A DNA stretch of 63,474 bases, the filler included, from Reticulomyxa filosa (Eukaryota; Protista; Foraminifera): assembly GCA_000512085.1 (NCBI GenBank). It is 19 parts of 19 records of this genome, joined end to end, with 100 filler letters (N's around TTAATTAATTAA, not from the genome) between each part and the next. Parts side by side here need not be neighbours in the genome. Positions count along the whole stretch, not along the records: positions 3,681 to 12,519 come from ASPP01011119.1; positions 12,620 to 13,619 come from ASPP01047024.1; positions 13,720 to 14,993 come from ASPP01027817.1; positions 15,094 to 16,476 come from ASPP01039846.1; positions 16,577 to 22,533 come from ASPP01027010.1; positions 22,634 to 25,443 come from ASPP01024250.1; 13 more parts are not named here. One strand, written 5' to 3'. Shown here piece after piece: positions 11,659-23,660 of this stretch; the first letter of the stretch is position 1; each line of letters opens with the position of its first letter. The notes beneath the pieces were generated by a model. It saw only the letters and a program-made list of their open reading frames with translations. It was not told the DNA's origin and made no database searches. The translations under genes were made by a program, and so were the position numbers.

Positions 11659-12246
11659 TTGTCTTAAAGATAGAGAGTATTAAGAAAATTATGACCTTTT
11701 TTAAGCGTGCTCTGAAGTTAGTTAGTTCATCGCGAAAATTGCTGTGTTTCAGATTTTGAAGATGTTCTTCTCATCTCTGACTGGTTAATAAAAAATATTT
11801 TGTTGTAGACAATTTGTGTTTATGTCTAAAAAAATTTCCAAATTCATATCTACATATAGAAACTCAGAAATTTATCCATCTGTTGATCTTAAAGTAACTA
11901 AAAATATTCCTATTTAAAAACGCTGTCGAAGAACTAGGGCGCTCCTCTGAACTTTTATCATGTGAATCCTATCTTATTTTTGTTTTGGTTAAAAGTAGTA
12001 CTCTTTATATACAGGAATCACTGCTGGCTCGTGTACTACTAAAATCGGAGGAATATCACATTTTTGCTTTTTCGCCTAACACAACGAAGGCTTTCAGTTT
12101 TTACAGCCATTAACTCCAATTATTTGCTAAGAAATTAGTCGAAAGTCAAACAAATACCAGTGCGAAAACACTATATGTTTGCATTTTGTTTTGAGAGCAA
12201 CGAAGTGTGTTTTGGTCGCTCTTCTGTTCGATGGAAATACAAATTC

Positions 12247-12519
12247 TCACTGCACTTTATACACTTCCAATTCTTTCACTGTGAAGTTATACGCTCCTGC
12301 TAACAAATCTCGATCTGATGGACAATTATAACTGTGTCCAGCATTGGCACTGCTGTTATTTGTATTGCACTGATCACAAATCCAAAAATCGTGTCCTCCA
12401 CCTATGTTACATTCACAAGCACACAAACACATCAAACATCAATTATTCTTGTGAGAGTATTCTATCAAACACTACTTACCAAATGTGGGACCTTGATTAA
12501 GATAATGGTAAACAGCATA
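12247..12519 (-). CDS. TLDc domain protein, 3' fragment (two exons)
   Basis: YAVYHYLNQGPTFG, a GTAAGT...TAG intron, then GGHDFWICDQCNTNNSS...YNFTVKELEVYKVQ*, the typical TLDc C-terminus. Confidence 0.85.
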
Positions 12520-13009
12520 NNNNNNNNNNNNNNNNNNNNNNNNNNNNNNNNNNNNNNNNNNNNTTAATTAATTAANNNNNNNNNNNNNNNNNNNNNNNNN
12601 NNNNNNNNNNNNNNNNNNNTGTTCGAATTGTATTATCATCTGAAGATGAAACAATTTTATAGGCACTCAAAGTAGTTTGTTAATCAAAAATCATGTTTAA
12701 CAATAAATTTTATTTACAAACAAAATTTATCAAAATATTCTACCAATTATTTCACAATCAATTTTTGTTAATCTCTTAAATACATTCACTCTCAGAAAAA
12801 CTAATAAATGAAATCTGCTCTACAGTTAAGTCTTATAAGATATTTTTGTGTCAATATGAAATCAACAAAAAATTTGTGATCTTTAATGCTTGTTTTCACA
12901 GAAAAAATTAATCACCTTCACAAAGTGGTATTTTCGATACAAGCATTGTTTTTGCTGAAAAAATTATTTTATTTATTTAAACATATTTTTTATTGTTGAA
13001 AAAATTATA

Positions 13010-13619
13010 TCATCCCCAAATACAAATATTACCGTTTTTTGAACCATAGCACAGACTAATATCATAATCACGATCATTCTTTCTTTTTTTATTTTTTTTT
13101 AATTGCAGGAATTTAAGACATATTATTCCACTGTTTTCTTTTTTTTCTTCTCCTTTTATTGCATACAATTCATTCTTGTTTGATCGAATATCCCAAAAAC
13201 GGATTGTATTGTCCATTGATCCAGAACATATGACATTTGAATTACCACCAATTTCAACATTACTTACTGCAAATGGTGAATATTCAATAGCAAAGATAGC
13301 ATCTGTATGTCCATTGAATACTTGAATTTGTTGACCAGATCGAACATCCCACAAACAAATGCTTTTATCTGCAGATCCAGATAATATTGTATTTAATAAT
13401 TCATTTGATCCATATTTTACGCTTCTAACTGTGTATTCATGTCCTTTGAATATATTTAATTGTTTAGTTGTTTCAATATCCCAAATACAAATGTTATTAT
13501 CGTATGATCCAGAACAAATTGTATATCCATTTCCACCAATCACACCAATAGTATTCATTTTATTATTATCGTTATTGTTGTTATTGCTTTGCAATGGTGA
13601 AATATCTAAACACCAAACA
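13010..13619 (-). CDS. WD40-repeat protein, 3' fragment (expanded family)
   Basis: Repeats ICSGSYDNNICIWD, FKGH and ICSGSMDNTIRFWDIRSNK; ends in YGS..G.ICIWG*. Confidence 0.92.
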
Positions 13620-13719
13620 NNNNNNNNNNNNNNNNNNNNNNNNNNNNNNNNNNNNNNNNNNNNTTAATTAATTAANNNNNNNNNNNNNNNNNNNNNNNNN
13701 NNNNNNNNNNNNNNNNNNN

Positions 13720-14440
13720 GTTATGGTTCATTCAAAGGTCCCATTCGTATTTGGGGATAATTTGCTTTTTTGTCGAATAAGAAATGAAATTTTTTTTTTT
13801 GAAACGTTTGATTAAAGTAAGATAATATCAAACTTGCTTGATTTGATTGAATGCAAGCATTGAAGGATGTGTTTTATTTTACTTTGTTGTTTAAAAAATT
13901 TGAAAAAGCTGCGTCCAATATTTTAAAGAGTTGAAAAGCATAATAAATAAGACTTGTATCAAATATCAAAATAGTTGCAAATTATTTTAAGTATTGTGTT
14001 TTCTGATTTAGTAACTCAATTATTACAATCCATGAGAAAAGAAATTGAATTGAAAGAAGAAAAAATAATCTTATGAGTCTTCTATTTTATTATCAACTAT
14101 CAATTTTAATCTGTAGCATTCATTATCCAAATTAATCAATGCATTCACTAGACATACTAATTGTGTGAATAATATTTACTATTCAGCATTTGATGATGGT
14201 CAATTCATTTGTTCTAGATCAGATGATAGAAAAGTTCGTTGTATGTGATGTTGATAACAACAAACAAATTAAATCATTCAATGGACATTCAAGTTATGTA
14301 TATTGTGTGAAATTTTCGCCATATCATTATCAAAATAATTCTTTTTGGGATATTCAATCAAATAAGAATGATTGTATGTGGTCAAAGAAAACAATGGAAT
14401 AGGATATTTAAATTTATATCATTGAAAAAAAAGTAAAGTG
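13720..14440 (+). pseudogene. WD40 family tail (YGSFKGPIRIWG*, 13720-13760) and a degraded WD40 remnant (~14150-14440)
   Basis: KQIKSFNGHSSYVYCVKFSPYHY is fused directly to FWDIQSNK, with frameshifts and deletions. Confidence 0.75.
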
Positions 14441-15093
14441 AATGTTTGTCATTAAGAAAAGGTAAACTGAATTGTCTGCAACTTGATTGCAAATCAAACT
14501 AATAAAATGACTAATTTGCTCTAGAGTATTCAATTGCAACATCAAATTTCTGTTGATAAAAAAGAATTGGAGCTACTTTAGTTTCAACAAATTTTTGTTT
14601 TTCTTTCTAGTTTTTATTTTATGTTTTTTTCTTTGCTTTGGTTTGTTCGTTTCGTTGAAGGTAATTAGTTCATTGGATCACCATAAATTTTTTTTCTTTT
14701 TGCACACATAATTCAATTTTATAATAAAATATATGCATTTTCATTTTAACCATAAGCATCATATTACTAGATATGCTGAATAGTAAAAAGATAATTTATT
14801 GTTCTTAATATAATTATTAAAGTTATAATTAATTTTCTTTTTTTTCATCATTAAGAAACACAGATATTGCAAAATTCTATTTTGAAAGCCCTTCATTGAA
14901 TTTTAAAAAAAAATTAAAATTTTCTATTTTACATCATTAAGACCATCTGAGCAAAAAAACAAAAGCAGTTGCAAAATGACAGCTCTTATCAGTNNNNNNN
15001 NNNNNNNNNNNNNNNNNNNNNNNNNNNNNNNNNNNNNTTAATTAATTAANNNNNNNNNNNNNNNNNNNNNNNNNNNNNNNNNNNNNNNNNNNN

Positions 15094-16202
15094 AAAAAAA
15101 AAAAAAAAAAAAAAAAACTTAAGGGGAGAGGAAGGATTACAATAAAAACATACGCATGCATAAAAAAATCGAAATATAAATAAACCAAAAAAAAAATATA
15201 TATATATATGTACACATATATGTATATATTTATATACATATATGTATAAACAAAACATTAAAAAAAAAAAAAAATAGAAATATACGTATGTTTCTACATT
15301 TGTATACAGTAAATATTTATACGTACCAATAATTGCATTTGGTACGGAATGAAGCGCATCTCTTGGGACGATGACACCCTGCGGACGCATGACCATCAGA
15401 CTAAACTCCTCTTTGTACAAAAAGAAGGCGACGGTCATGGCGACGACGCCACAGGCAATAGTCGGAAGCAGTGTCCATTTGGTAAAGTCCAAAAAGGCAA
15501 CATTGAAGGCTTGGGCGACAATGATGTTGGTCGGGTTGCCAATGTATAGCACACTGCTCCAAATGTTGGCACTAAAAAACTCGACCATTAGAAATGGCAT
15601 CGGTGGAATTTGCATTTTCAACGTGTAGTAGTACACGATTTGTGTGATCGTCAATATGACAATGTCATTGCTTGCCAACACTGTCATTACCGCACTCAAC
15701 GTTGCGATGAACAGGAACAAGCGGTTGATGTTGTTGTTTGATCGGTTCACAATATGGTATGATACAAACGCAAGTACACCACTTTGGTCCAATGCTATTC
15801 CTATATAAGAGAGTGACATAAATAATATCAATATCGAATATGGTTTTATCGATTTGTCACCCACGATACCGAACACCACTGTATCTGTACTTATTAATCC
15901 TTCGTTTTTTTTTTTTTTTTTTTTGCACCCAATCAAATTCGATTTAATATCTTGCTTCGAGTCGAAATGGGAAAAAAAAAAAATGCTGGTATAAGAATTT
16001 ATATAGTTAAACCTGTCATCCACATTATCAATGTTATCAACAGTGGTGTAGTGCTGTAGTCTAGTAAAATTGGAATTTTTATGTTCGGAAGATTGCAGCG
16101 TCTTAAACTATACTTTGTGAACCGAGGCTTCATTACTCCTACGAGCACAGCCACTATTGCTACAAAGAAAAAAAATAAAACCAAGCCCGCAATGGCACCC
16201 AT
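15094..16202 (-). CDS. ArsB/NhaD-superfamily (arsenite-pump-like) membrane transporter, 5' part, with introns
   Basis: Motifs PYSILILFMSLSYIGIALDQSG, SNDIVILTIT and ANIWSSVLYIGNPTNIIVAQAF; GT-AG intron at ~16011-15901. Confidence 0.85.
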
Positions 16203-16576
16203 TATAAATACGTTGGACGATTGTCCTCAACCAACAAGTTTTTTCCCCCTGTTTTTCACCAAGACAAGCATTAGTTTGTTTGTCTTTAGCAAGTTCGATT
16301 GAATTTATCTTAAGCTTTCTTTACTTTCTGTAAAACTACGCAAAGACATTGAATCTAAACTGGACTTCGAAAGAGATTCACAAACATTTCCTATAGTTAA
16401 TGTAAAATCGATTTTAATTTTGTGTAACTTGACTGTTGTGTTGATTTATATTGATCTTCTCTCAATTGGTACCATTNNNNNNNNNNNNNNNNNNNNNNNN
16501 NNNNNNNNNNNNNNNNNNNNTTAATTAATTAANNNNNNNNNNNNNNNNNNNNNNNNNNNNNNNNNNNNNNNNNNNN

Positions 16577-17530
16577 AAATATATAAATCAATAAATAATA
16601 TATAAATAAATAAATAAATAAATATATATATATATATTTATTTAAATCTCCAAATAATATATATAAAACATGATAGTGTTCGCAAAGTCCTTGCAGCATT
16701 TGCACTTTCAGCAAATCATATTGCGAAGCATTGGGATGGGTTTGGATGGAAGGAGCAGAAGCAACGGCGAGTGAAGTGTGACTATGTGTGATAAGTTTGT
16801 CGGGATTGGAATGGTCGGCTGTGGTTCCACCTTGGCTTGTCGCAGTTGTGAGCAAGTGTAAAACGTTGGCAGCCTCCTCCAGCTGCTGCTCCATAATCAA
16901 GTGTTCGATGTGTTGTGGGTCAGCGTATTTGATCAATCGAGTTTGGAAAATGTCACGAAATAGAGTTGCGTAAGTCGAAGAAGGGATATTATCATCGTCG
17001 CTGTTGCTGTCGTTATTGATCGATTTGTTGTCCTGTCCCACAATGGCAGTGGAGCGAGAAGGAACGAAAGAGGAGGAAAGAGGACAAGTGTAGAGAATGC
17101 TTTCGTAAATGGAAAACGTCGGAGCCAGTTCCAATCGATCCATTGTTGGCAAAATGCCCCGAGACAATTCAGGCAATTGTCGAAATTCCATTTGCGAACT
17201 TAACGTTTCGAACAATCGCAAATACTTTTGTTTGATTTTGAGAATGCGAGGATTGCTATCATTTGATGGAAGTAAAGCTACGTTCGGTTGATTCACTTCT
17301 CTTTTTTGTCCCTTTCTTTTTTCTGCTTTCTCTTTTTCTTTTTCTTTCTCTTTCTCTTCCAATTCGAAGACAAACTTTACGCCATTTAGCCATTCGTCAT
17401 ACATCTCAGTTACCATTGTTTCGACATTTACACCTTTCATATTGTTGTCACACATCGCACGCTGTGAAAAGAGGACAATTGTCAGTCAATGACAGTATGT
17501 GGCGCAAAAATACACACAGAACGCATTAGG
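16577..17530 (-). CDS. Hypothetical protein, partial, with introns
   Basis: About 270 open codons of GC-richer sequence flanked by AT-rich intron-like DNA; no family recognised. Confidence 0.55.
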
Positions 17531-17691
17531 CATTTAAAAAAAAAAAATAAAAAGTAAAAATATACATACATATATATATTAATTACACATAAAATGAAAA
17601 TAAAACAAACTTGAAATTTGTGAATAAGTGCTTCATTAAAAAAAAACACTTTTTGTGATATTTTATTAACAATATAAATATAATCAAAAGC

Positions 17692-20015
17692 ATGCAAACT
17701 ACTGACAATGAACCAAATGATGCCAAATCAGAACAAAATACAAAGATAAATACTATCTCTCTCTTTGAGACTTTACCTGCTTTAACTACTGCGTGTTTTT
17801 TTTATCAGTGCGTATCTTATAAAGATGAGCTCCTCGTTTGTGGGGCCTATGGGGAAAAGGCCTGTTATTCTTACCATATAATAAGAAAGCAATATAAGCG
17901 TATTTGCACTTATCCAGATACTACTAGATTGTTTGGGCACTGTGTAATAAAGCGTGTTCACAGCAACGATTCAAATGAAATTACTTTATTTTCTTTTGGT
18001 GGATCCAGATATGAAGAAAAGCATGCACTAGTAATGCAATATATCAGTATTTGGGATGATGAAAAAGACGAGAGACAAATTGAAAAATCAAAACATTACA
18101 ATGAATGGTCCCCGATTATGGACAATCACAACAAACCAATTTTTCTTGGCAGAAAACAAGATGACTTCCGTGGGATTCGTGCATTGATTGGAGGAAGCAA
18201 CAACAATTTGTTATTTATTACTTATTATCCAAAAGATATCGACGTATTTGATTTGAACACATTCCAATATGTCAATCATACTACTTTGCCAATTGATACT
18301 AAAATAAGTTTTCATTGTTTTGTATTAAAAACAGAAAATGAATTGATAACACCGAAAGCAGATATAAAGCAAAGTAAGAGCAAAATGGTGTTATTCTGTG
18401 AAAAAACTGGACTGTCAATTGATTACGATGAAGTCAATAACATATTTCACTTTCGTAGCTTATGGATTTGTTCCACAATGAAACACTTTTATCATTACGC
18501 GTTTGTTTGTATTAATGATATTATTTTATTTTTTGGTGGATGGAATGGAAATGTGGGCTACAATACAGTCGTTTCAAATGCAATACATAAGTATTCAATA
18601 CAGAAAGATAAATGGATGAAATTTGAGCTCACTTTACCGATTCCATCTACTGATTGTATAGCAGTATTGAGTGAAGATAACATGTTTGTACATATTCTCG
18701 GAGGACAAGATGATGAATGGAAAGAAATGGCAACGCACATACAGACAAAAGTGGCAGCATGGATGAAAGAAGAGACGGAACTCGAAAAACAGTGGATTGT
18801 GGAAGAAGAAGAAAAAAGAGTAATTGAAGAGACTAAAAGAGAGCTAGTAACAATGAAAGGCAAATTTAATGTCAAAAAGTTGAAAGTTGAGGTTTTTTTT
18901 CTTATATCAATTTGCATTGCTGTGACAAAAAGATGTATTTTTCATTGTAGTATAACAAAATAAAGAAACGAATAGAGATCGAAATGGTAATTGAGCATTG
19001 GAATAGATTATTGTCTATAAAAATGGGATGGATTGATAATTTTAACATTATTATTTCACAATATATTTTGGTATTTTTTTTTGTAATTATTTTCTTACTT
19101 AACTACATTAGGAAGACAATTTTAAAACAGATGAAGTATTTCAAATTATCAAAGAAATATCATGTACGTTCTGGTCGTTGTAGAATTGCAAAATTTTCAT
19201 TGGATTGTACCAAAATTGTTGCCTCCTCTGATAATACAATTCGAATTTGGAATATTGAATTAGGAAAAGAAATTCAAGTGTTAAAAGGGCATACAGGAAC
19301 GGTTAACGATGCTCAATTTTCACCAGATGCTAAGTTAGTTGTGTCTTGCTCAAATGATACAACCATTCGATTGTGGGATGTTAACTCAGGACAAGAAATA
19401 AAAATAATAAAAGGACATATTGGAAATATAACAAGCGTTCAATTTTCGCCAGATGGTAAGTTTGTTGTGTCATCAGCACATGATAAAACAGTACGACTAT
19501 GGAATGTAAAGTCTGGAGAAGAGATAAAAAAGCTAGAATGTCTTACAAGCAAAGTTACAGATGTGAAATTTTCGCGAGATGGCCACAGCATTGTATTATC
19601 ATATGATAACACGATTGGAATATGGGATGTAAGATCAGATCAAACAACAAATAAATTACTTGGACATCCAAATGGTATTTTGAGATCACAATTTTCACCA
19701 GATGGTCTCTTAATTGTTTCATTCTCAGTTGCCAAAATAATTCAAATATGGAATGCAGCAACAGGAAAAGAATTAGCAAGATTGGAAGGGCACATAGATA
19801 TGATATGGGATGTAAAATTTTTTCCAGATGGACAAACTATTGTGTCGTGTTCAAATGATAAAACAATTCGATTATGGGATGTAAAACTTGGAGTTGAAGT
19901 GCAGACACTAGAGGGACATTCAGAGAGTGTCATAGGATTGGATGTTTCAACGGATGGTAATACAATTGTATCATGTTCAAACGACGGAACGATCCGCACA
20001 TGGGTACCACTCTGA
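17692..20015 (+). CDS. Kelch-like beta-propeller, charged linker and ~7 WD40 repeats (three exons)
   Basis: N-terminal part has GHCVIK, LFSFGG, RALIGG, ILFFGGW and VHILGG. C-terminal part has regular GH...QFSPDG..VVS.S.D.TIRLWD repeats. Short introns at ~18887-18965 and ~19071-19130. Confidence 0.88.
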
Positions 20016-21078
20016 ACCATTCAAATGTATGTATCGGTTGGAGTAGAATAATTAAAATGAAGCAATCAAAAGTCTTTTTTGCTCGGCACATCAAAAAAGC
20101 AAAATTTCCTTTTTTAAAAATACAATCCTAAGGAGGCATTTTTTTGTTAAAGAGGTCAGAGCTAGATCAATAAACTTTGAAGTGTTCATCAGTAGTGCGG
20201 ACAATTTCTACTGTATATAATGTATTTACTAAAAGCTTCGTATTTAAGGGTAACATAACTGGATAAAAATCAAATTTGTTAATATATGTAATCCGACATT
20301 TGCTATGTTTTACATTAAAGTGATTGTTTGTAACAGTTTCTATCCCAAAAAAAGTCAATATTTTATATTCAACTGACAAAGGCATTTCGGATCAATACAC
20401 CAAAATTTCAATAATTTATTATTTAAAAATTGTTTGATTTTGTTATTTTCAATGGCATTGTACTTCTCCTCTGTTATTTACATCAAAAAAAAAACCAATG
20501 GACAGAATAGAGGTAGATCGCGTACACATACACACATGTCAGGAAGCTCATAAAGAGATAAAGTTACGTTTGCAAGATAACTAATGAAAGATATTAGCGA
20601 TACACCAGTGTATTGTTGAGGCCTGGAAGGAAATGAAGCCGAATGAATCAATAAACAAAATTGAAGAAAACAATAGCAAGCAAAGAGAACTTCACAAATG
20701 TGTTCAGACAACTACAGTGAACAAATGAAAACGGAAGATCCAACAGGGCAACACCTGCAAATTTGATGTAATCCAAACTAAATTATTTTAACCTTTTTCA
20801 TTTGACTGGAATATCAAATGACTTGAAAAAAAAAAGAACTGTTCTTTTCAGGACAACCAAAAAAGATTTGCACTTTCGTTTCATTGGTTTGTGGGAGAGA
20901 GAGAGAAAAAAGAAGAAAGAAAGAACAAGATAAAAAGCTCGTGAAAAAAAGGCATTCAAAATTGAATGTGGCTAAGAATATTGCATCAATTTTACATTAG
21001 AAGTTGTAGCATGTCGTTTAAGGAACGTCCAAATGTTGCGGCTGTAAATTCAGCATAATTTGACGATCTTCAGAAATT

Positions 21079-22476
21079 TCATTTTTTTTTGGGAGTGAGT
21101 TCGAACTGAGATGAGAGTTCAGGAGTTTTATGATCTGAGTCAGGAATAGGAGTAGTTAGCAGATCTCTGTCTCTGTCTGTGTCTTTGTTTTTGTCTTTGC
21201 CACTGCCCTTGGTCTTGTCTTTGTCCTTGTCCTCGTGTTCAATGATATGGGGCAAGCTGATGGCCTTGGTGTCCATCTCTTGTAAGCTAAGATTGGTGGA
21301 TATGATCAAGTCGTCATCGGGTAGCTCGTCGGGTTCGTCAAAGGCGGAGGTCAGTTGACTGCTGCTCTTCATTTCAACGATGGAGGGTCTCGGCGTGAGG
21401 TCTTCACTGCTGTTGCGAAGAAGATTGCCACGATGCAGACCCTCGTGCGGATGATTGCCCATGGTCAAGGAGCTGACGCTTTTGACATGTTGATTTTCGG
21501 CCTGCAAATGGAGTTGCTTGATGGGCAACTGCATCGAGGACTGCGACCGAGTGCGCGATATGGCCAATTGCAACCTCAGGTCTCTGTGTATAGGAGCGAC
21601 CGAAGGCCGTGGCGTCACACTGCGCATGCCCATGAGCGACGGCATCGGCGACCGACTGTGAACGCTGGTGCGTACCTGCGTCTCCACTTGCGTGATGATT
21701 GCATTTTCGATCGGTACTTCAAAGCATTTCTTGCAGCAAGTGTAAGCGAATATCAGATTATATATGTGTTGTCCAAAGTCAAACGCACAAAGCATTAGCA
21801 AACAATTCAACACGATATTCACATTCACAATCGCGTGCGCCGGAAAATATGCCGCGTAAAGTACGCTGCTCACAACTATGCTCAATACGCTCGCCAACGC
21901 CACCACGCTGGATCGAACCATGCGCAATATCCCAAACTCAATCACGTGGTCTTCGTTCGACTCGATGGTCGATGAGGTCACTAAGATCAGTCGATATAAG
22001 TATGCCACGCCAAGCCAAGTGCTCACCAGTGCAGTGAGCAAGCCAGCTGAATATATATATATAAATATATATATATTTATATATATATTTATATATATTT
22101 ATATATGAGATAGTAACCAAACAGACCTACAGCCATGACAATTTGCAACCAGAGGGGCCAGCCACCACAGTCGTATAACTTGGACTCGCTTTCCAACGTG
22201 CCAAAGGGATTGAAATCGATGATTTGAATAGGCTGGTTGCACTTCGTCGTCTGCGCGACCAAGAACGAGCATACTGCTGTCATTATGGATATTATTGCGA
22301 TCACGAAAAAGAACACGTTTGTAAACGACGACGATACTGCGTACATGCTATTGTTAAAGCCTCTTCGCAGGCGTTCAAACCAAAACAGTTGCAACGCCAC
22401 ATATGCACACAAAGGCAGCACAAACCGAACCATTGTCATTGCTAAGCGTAGCCACACAGTTATTCGTTTCGGTTAA
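21079..22476 (-). CDS. Multi-pass, possibly 7TM/GPCR-like, membrane protein with a long Ser-rich cytoplasmic tail; 5' truncated
   Basis: Five hydrophobic helices over two exons, a loop with two Cys, CCKKC after the last helix, then a disordered tail. Confidence 0.55.
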
Positions 22477-22491
22477 TATCATATAGTGCAT

Positions 22492-22533
22492 ATTTTATAT
22501 TTTATATTTTATATTTTATATTTTATATTTTAT
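22492..22533 (+). repeat. (ATTTTAT)n tandem repeat at contig end
   Basis: About six copies of a 7-mer. Confidence 0.9.
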
Positions 22534-22633
22534 NNNNNNNNNNNNNNNNNNNNNNNNNNNNNNNNNNNNNNNNNNNNTTAATTAATTAANNNNNNNNNNN
22601 NNNNNNNNNNNNNNNNNNNNNNNNNNNNNNNNN

Positions 22634-22652
22634 TTCTTTGCAACCTACTGTA
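22634..22652. mobile_element. Terminal fragment of the MITE/Tc1 inverted repeat seen at 47917-48044
   Basis: TTCTTTGCAACCTACTG-TA is identical to 48028-48046; the contig starts inside the element. Confidence 0.8.
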
Positions 22653-23660
22653 TAATCTATTCTGAATAATAAAGTTATGAGTAAATCGAACAGCCAGCAT
22701 TATTTTAATAAAAAATTCAATCTCTTTCTGGATGATATGTTGTTTTCAGTTGAATATTCTAATTTCAAATTTAACTCAAATTTTCCTTTTCAGTAACAAA
22801 TTTTGCATATTCTTTTCTTATTTTCGTTCACTTAATCCATTGACATTTGAACCAAAAATTTGATATATTTTTACACATTGACAAATGTCTTTTCATGATT
22901 TATCACGTTTTACATAGACATCTGATTCAAACCATGTTTTGCTTCGTTTTCCAATTGATTCCGTTAATTAGAACTTTGAATAATCGTTTATATTTTGCTT
23001 GAACCTTGCCACAAATTTGTCTTACGACCAATCATATTATTATATTGTTTAAATGAATCTTTTTAATTTGGTTTAACTCTACGAAGCGCTGGTAACGTAA
23101 TAGTTGTTGTACTTCTGCCAAATGATATTCTAGTTTATTATCATTTGGTCGTTCCCGTTTGTGTTCTTTGTCTTGTTTGAATTCAATCATTCAATACAAT
23201 ATTGAGAAAAATGTAATAACTAGTTTATAATCACAAACAATCGATTTGCTTTTTTAAAAGTAAATGGAGATACTAAAGATGCATATTTTCAATAAAAAAC
23301 TAATTAAAGCCCACAACATTCCTGAGCGTATATTCTTGCAAAACAAAACAATTAACAAAAAAAGTCAAAAAATGACCAAAGATGATTGTTCCCACCCATG
23401 GCAGAAAAAGAATTTAAACAAAAACGACCGAAACATTAATCATGCCACGAATTATCGGTCTTACAAAGTAGTGTTCAAGTCGCATGCATTACAAAAAACA
23501 AACGAAAAATAAAGAGTGCCAAATCATGCACGTACTGTCAACAACCCATATTCTCTTTAAAATAAAATAGGATAATAAAAGAAACAAAACAAAGTCCAAA
23601 AAAAAAAAAAAAAAGCAAGGAAAAAAAAAAATAATAATAAAAAGCCTGAAAAAAGAAAAA

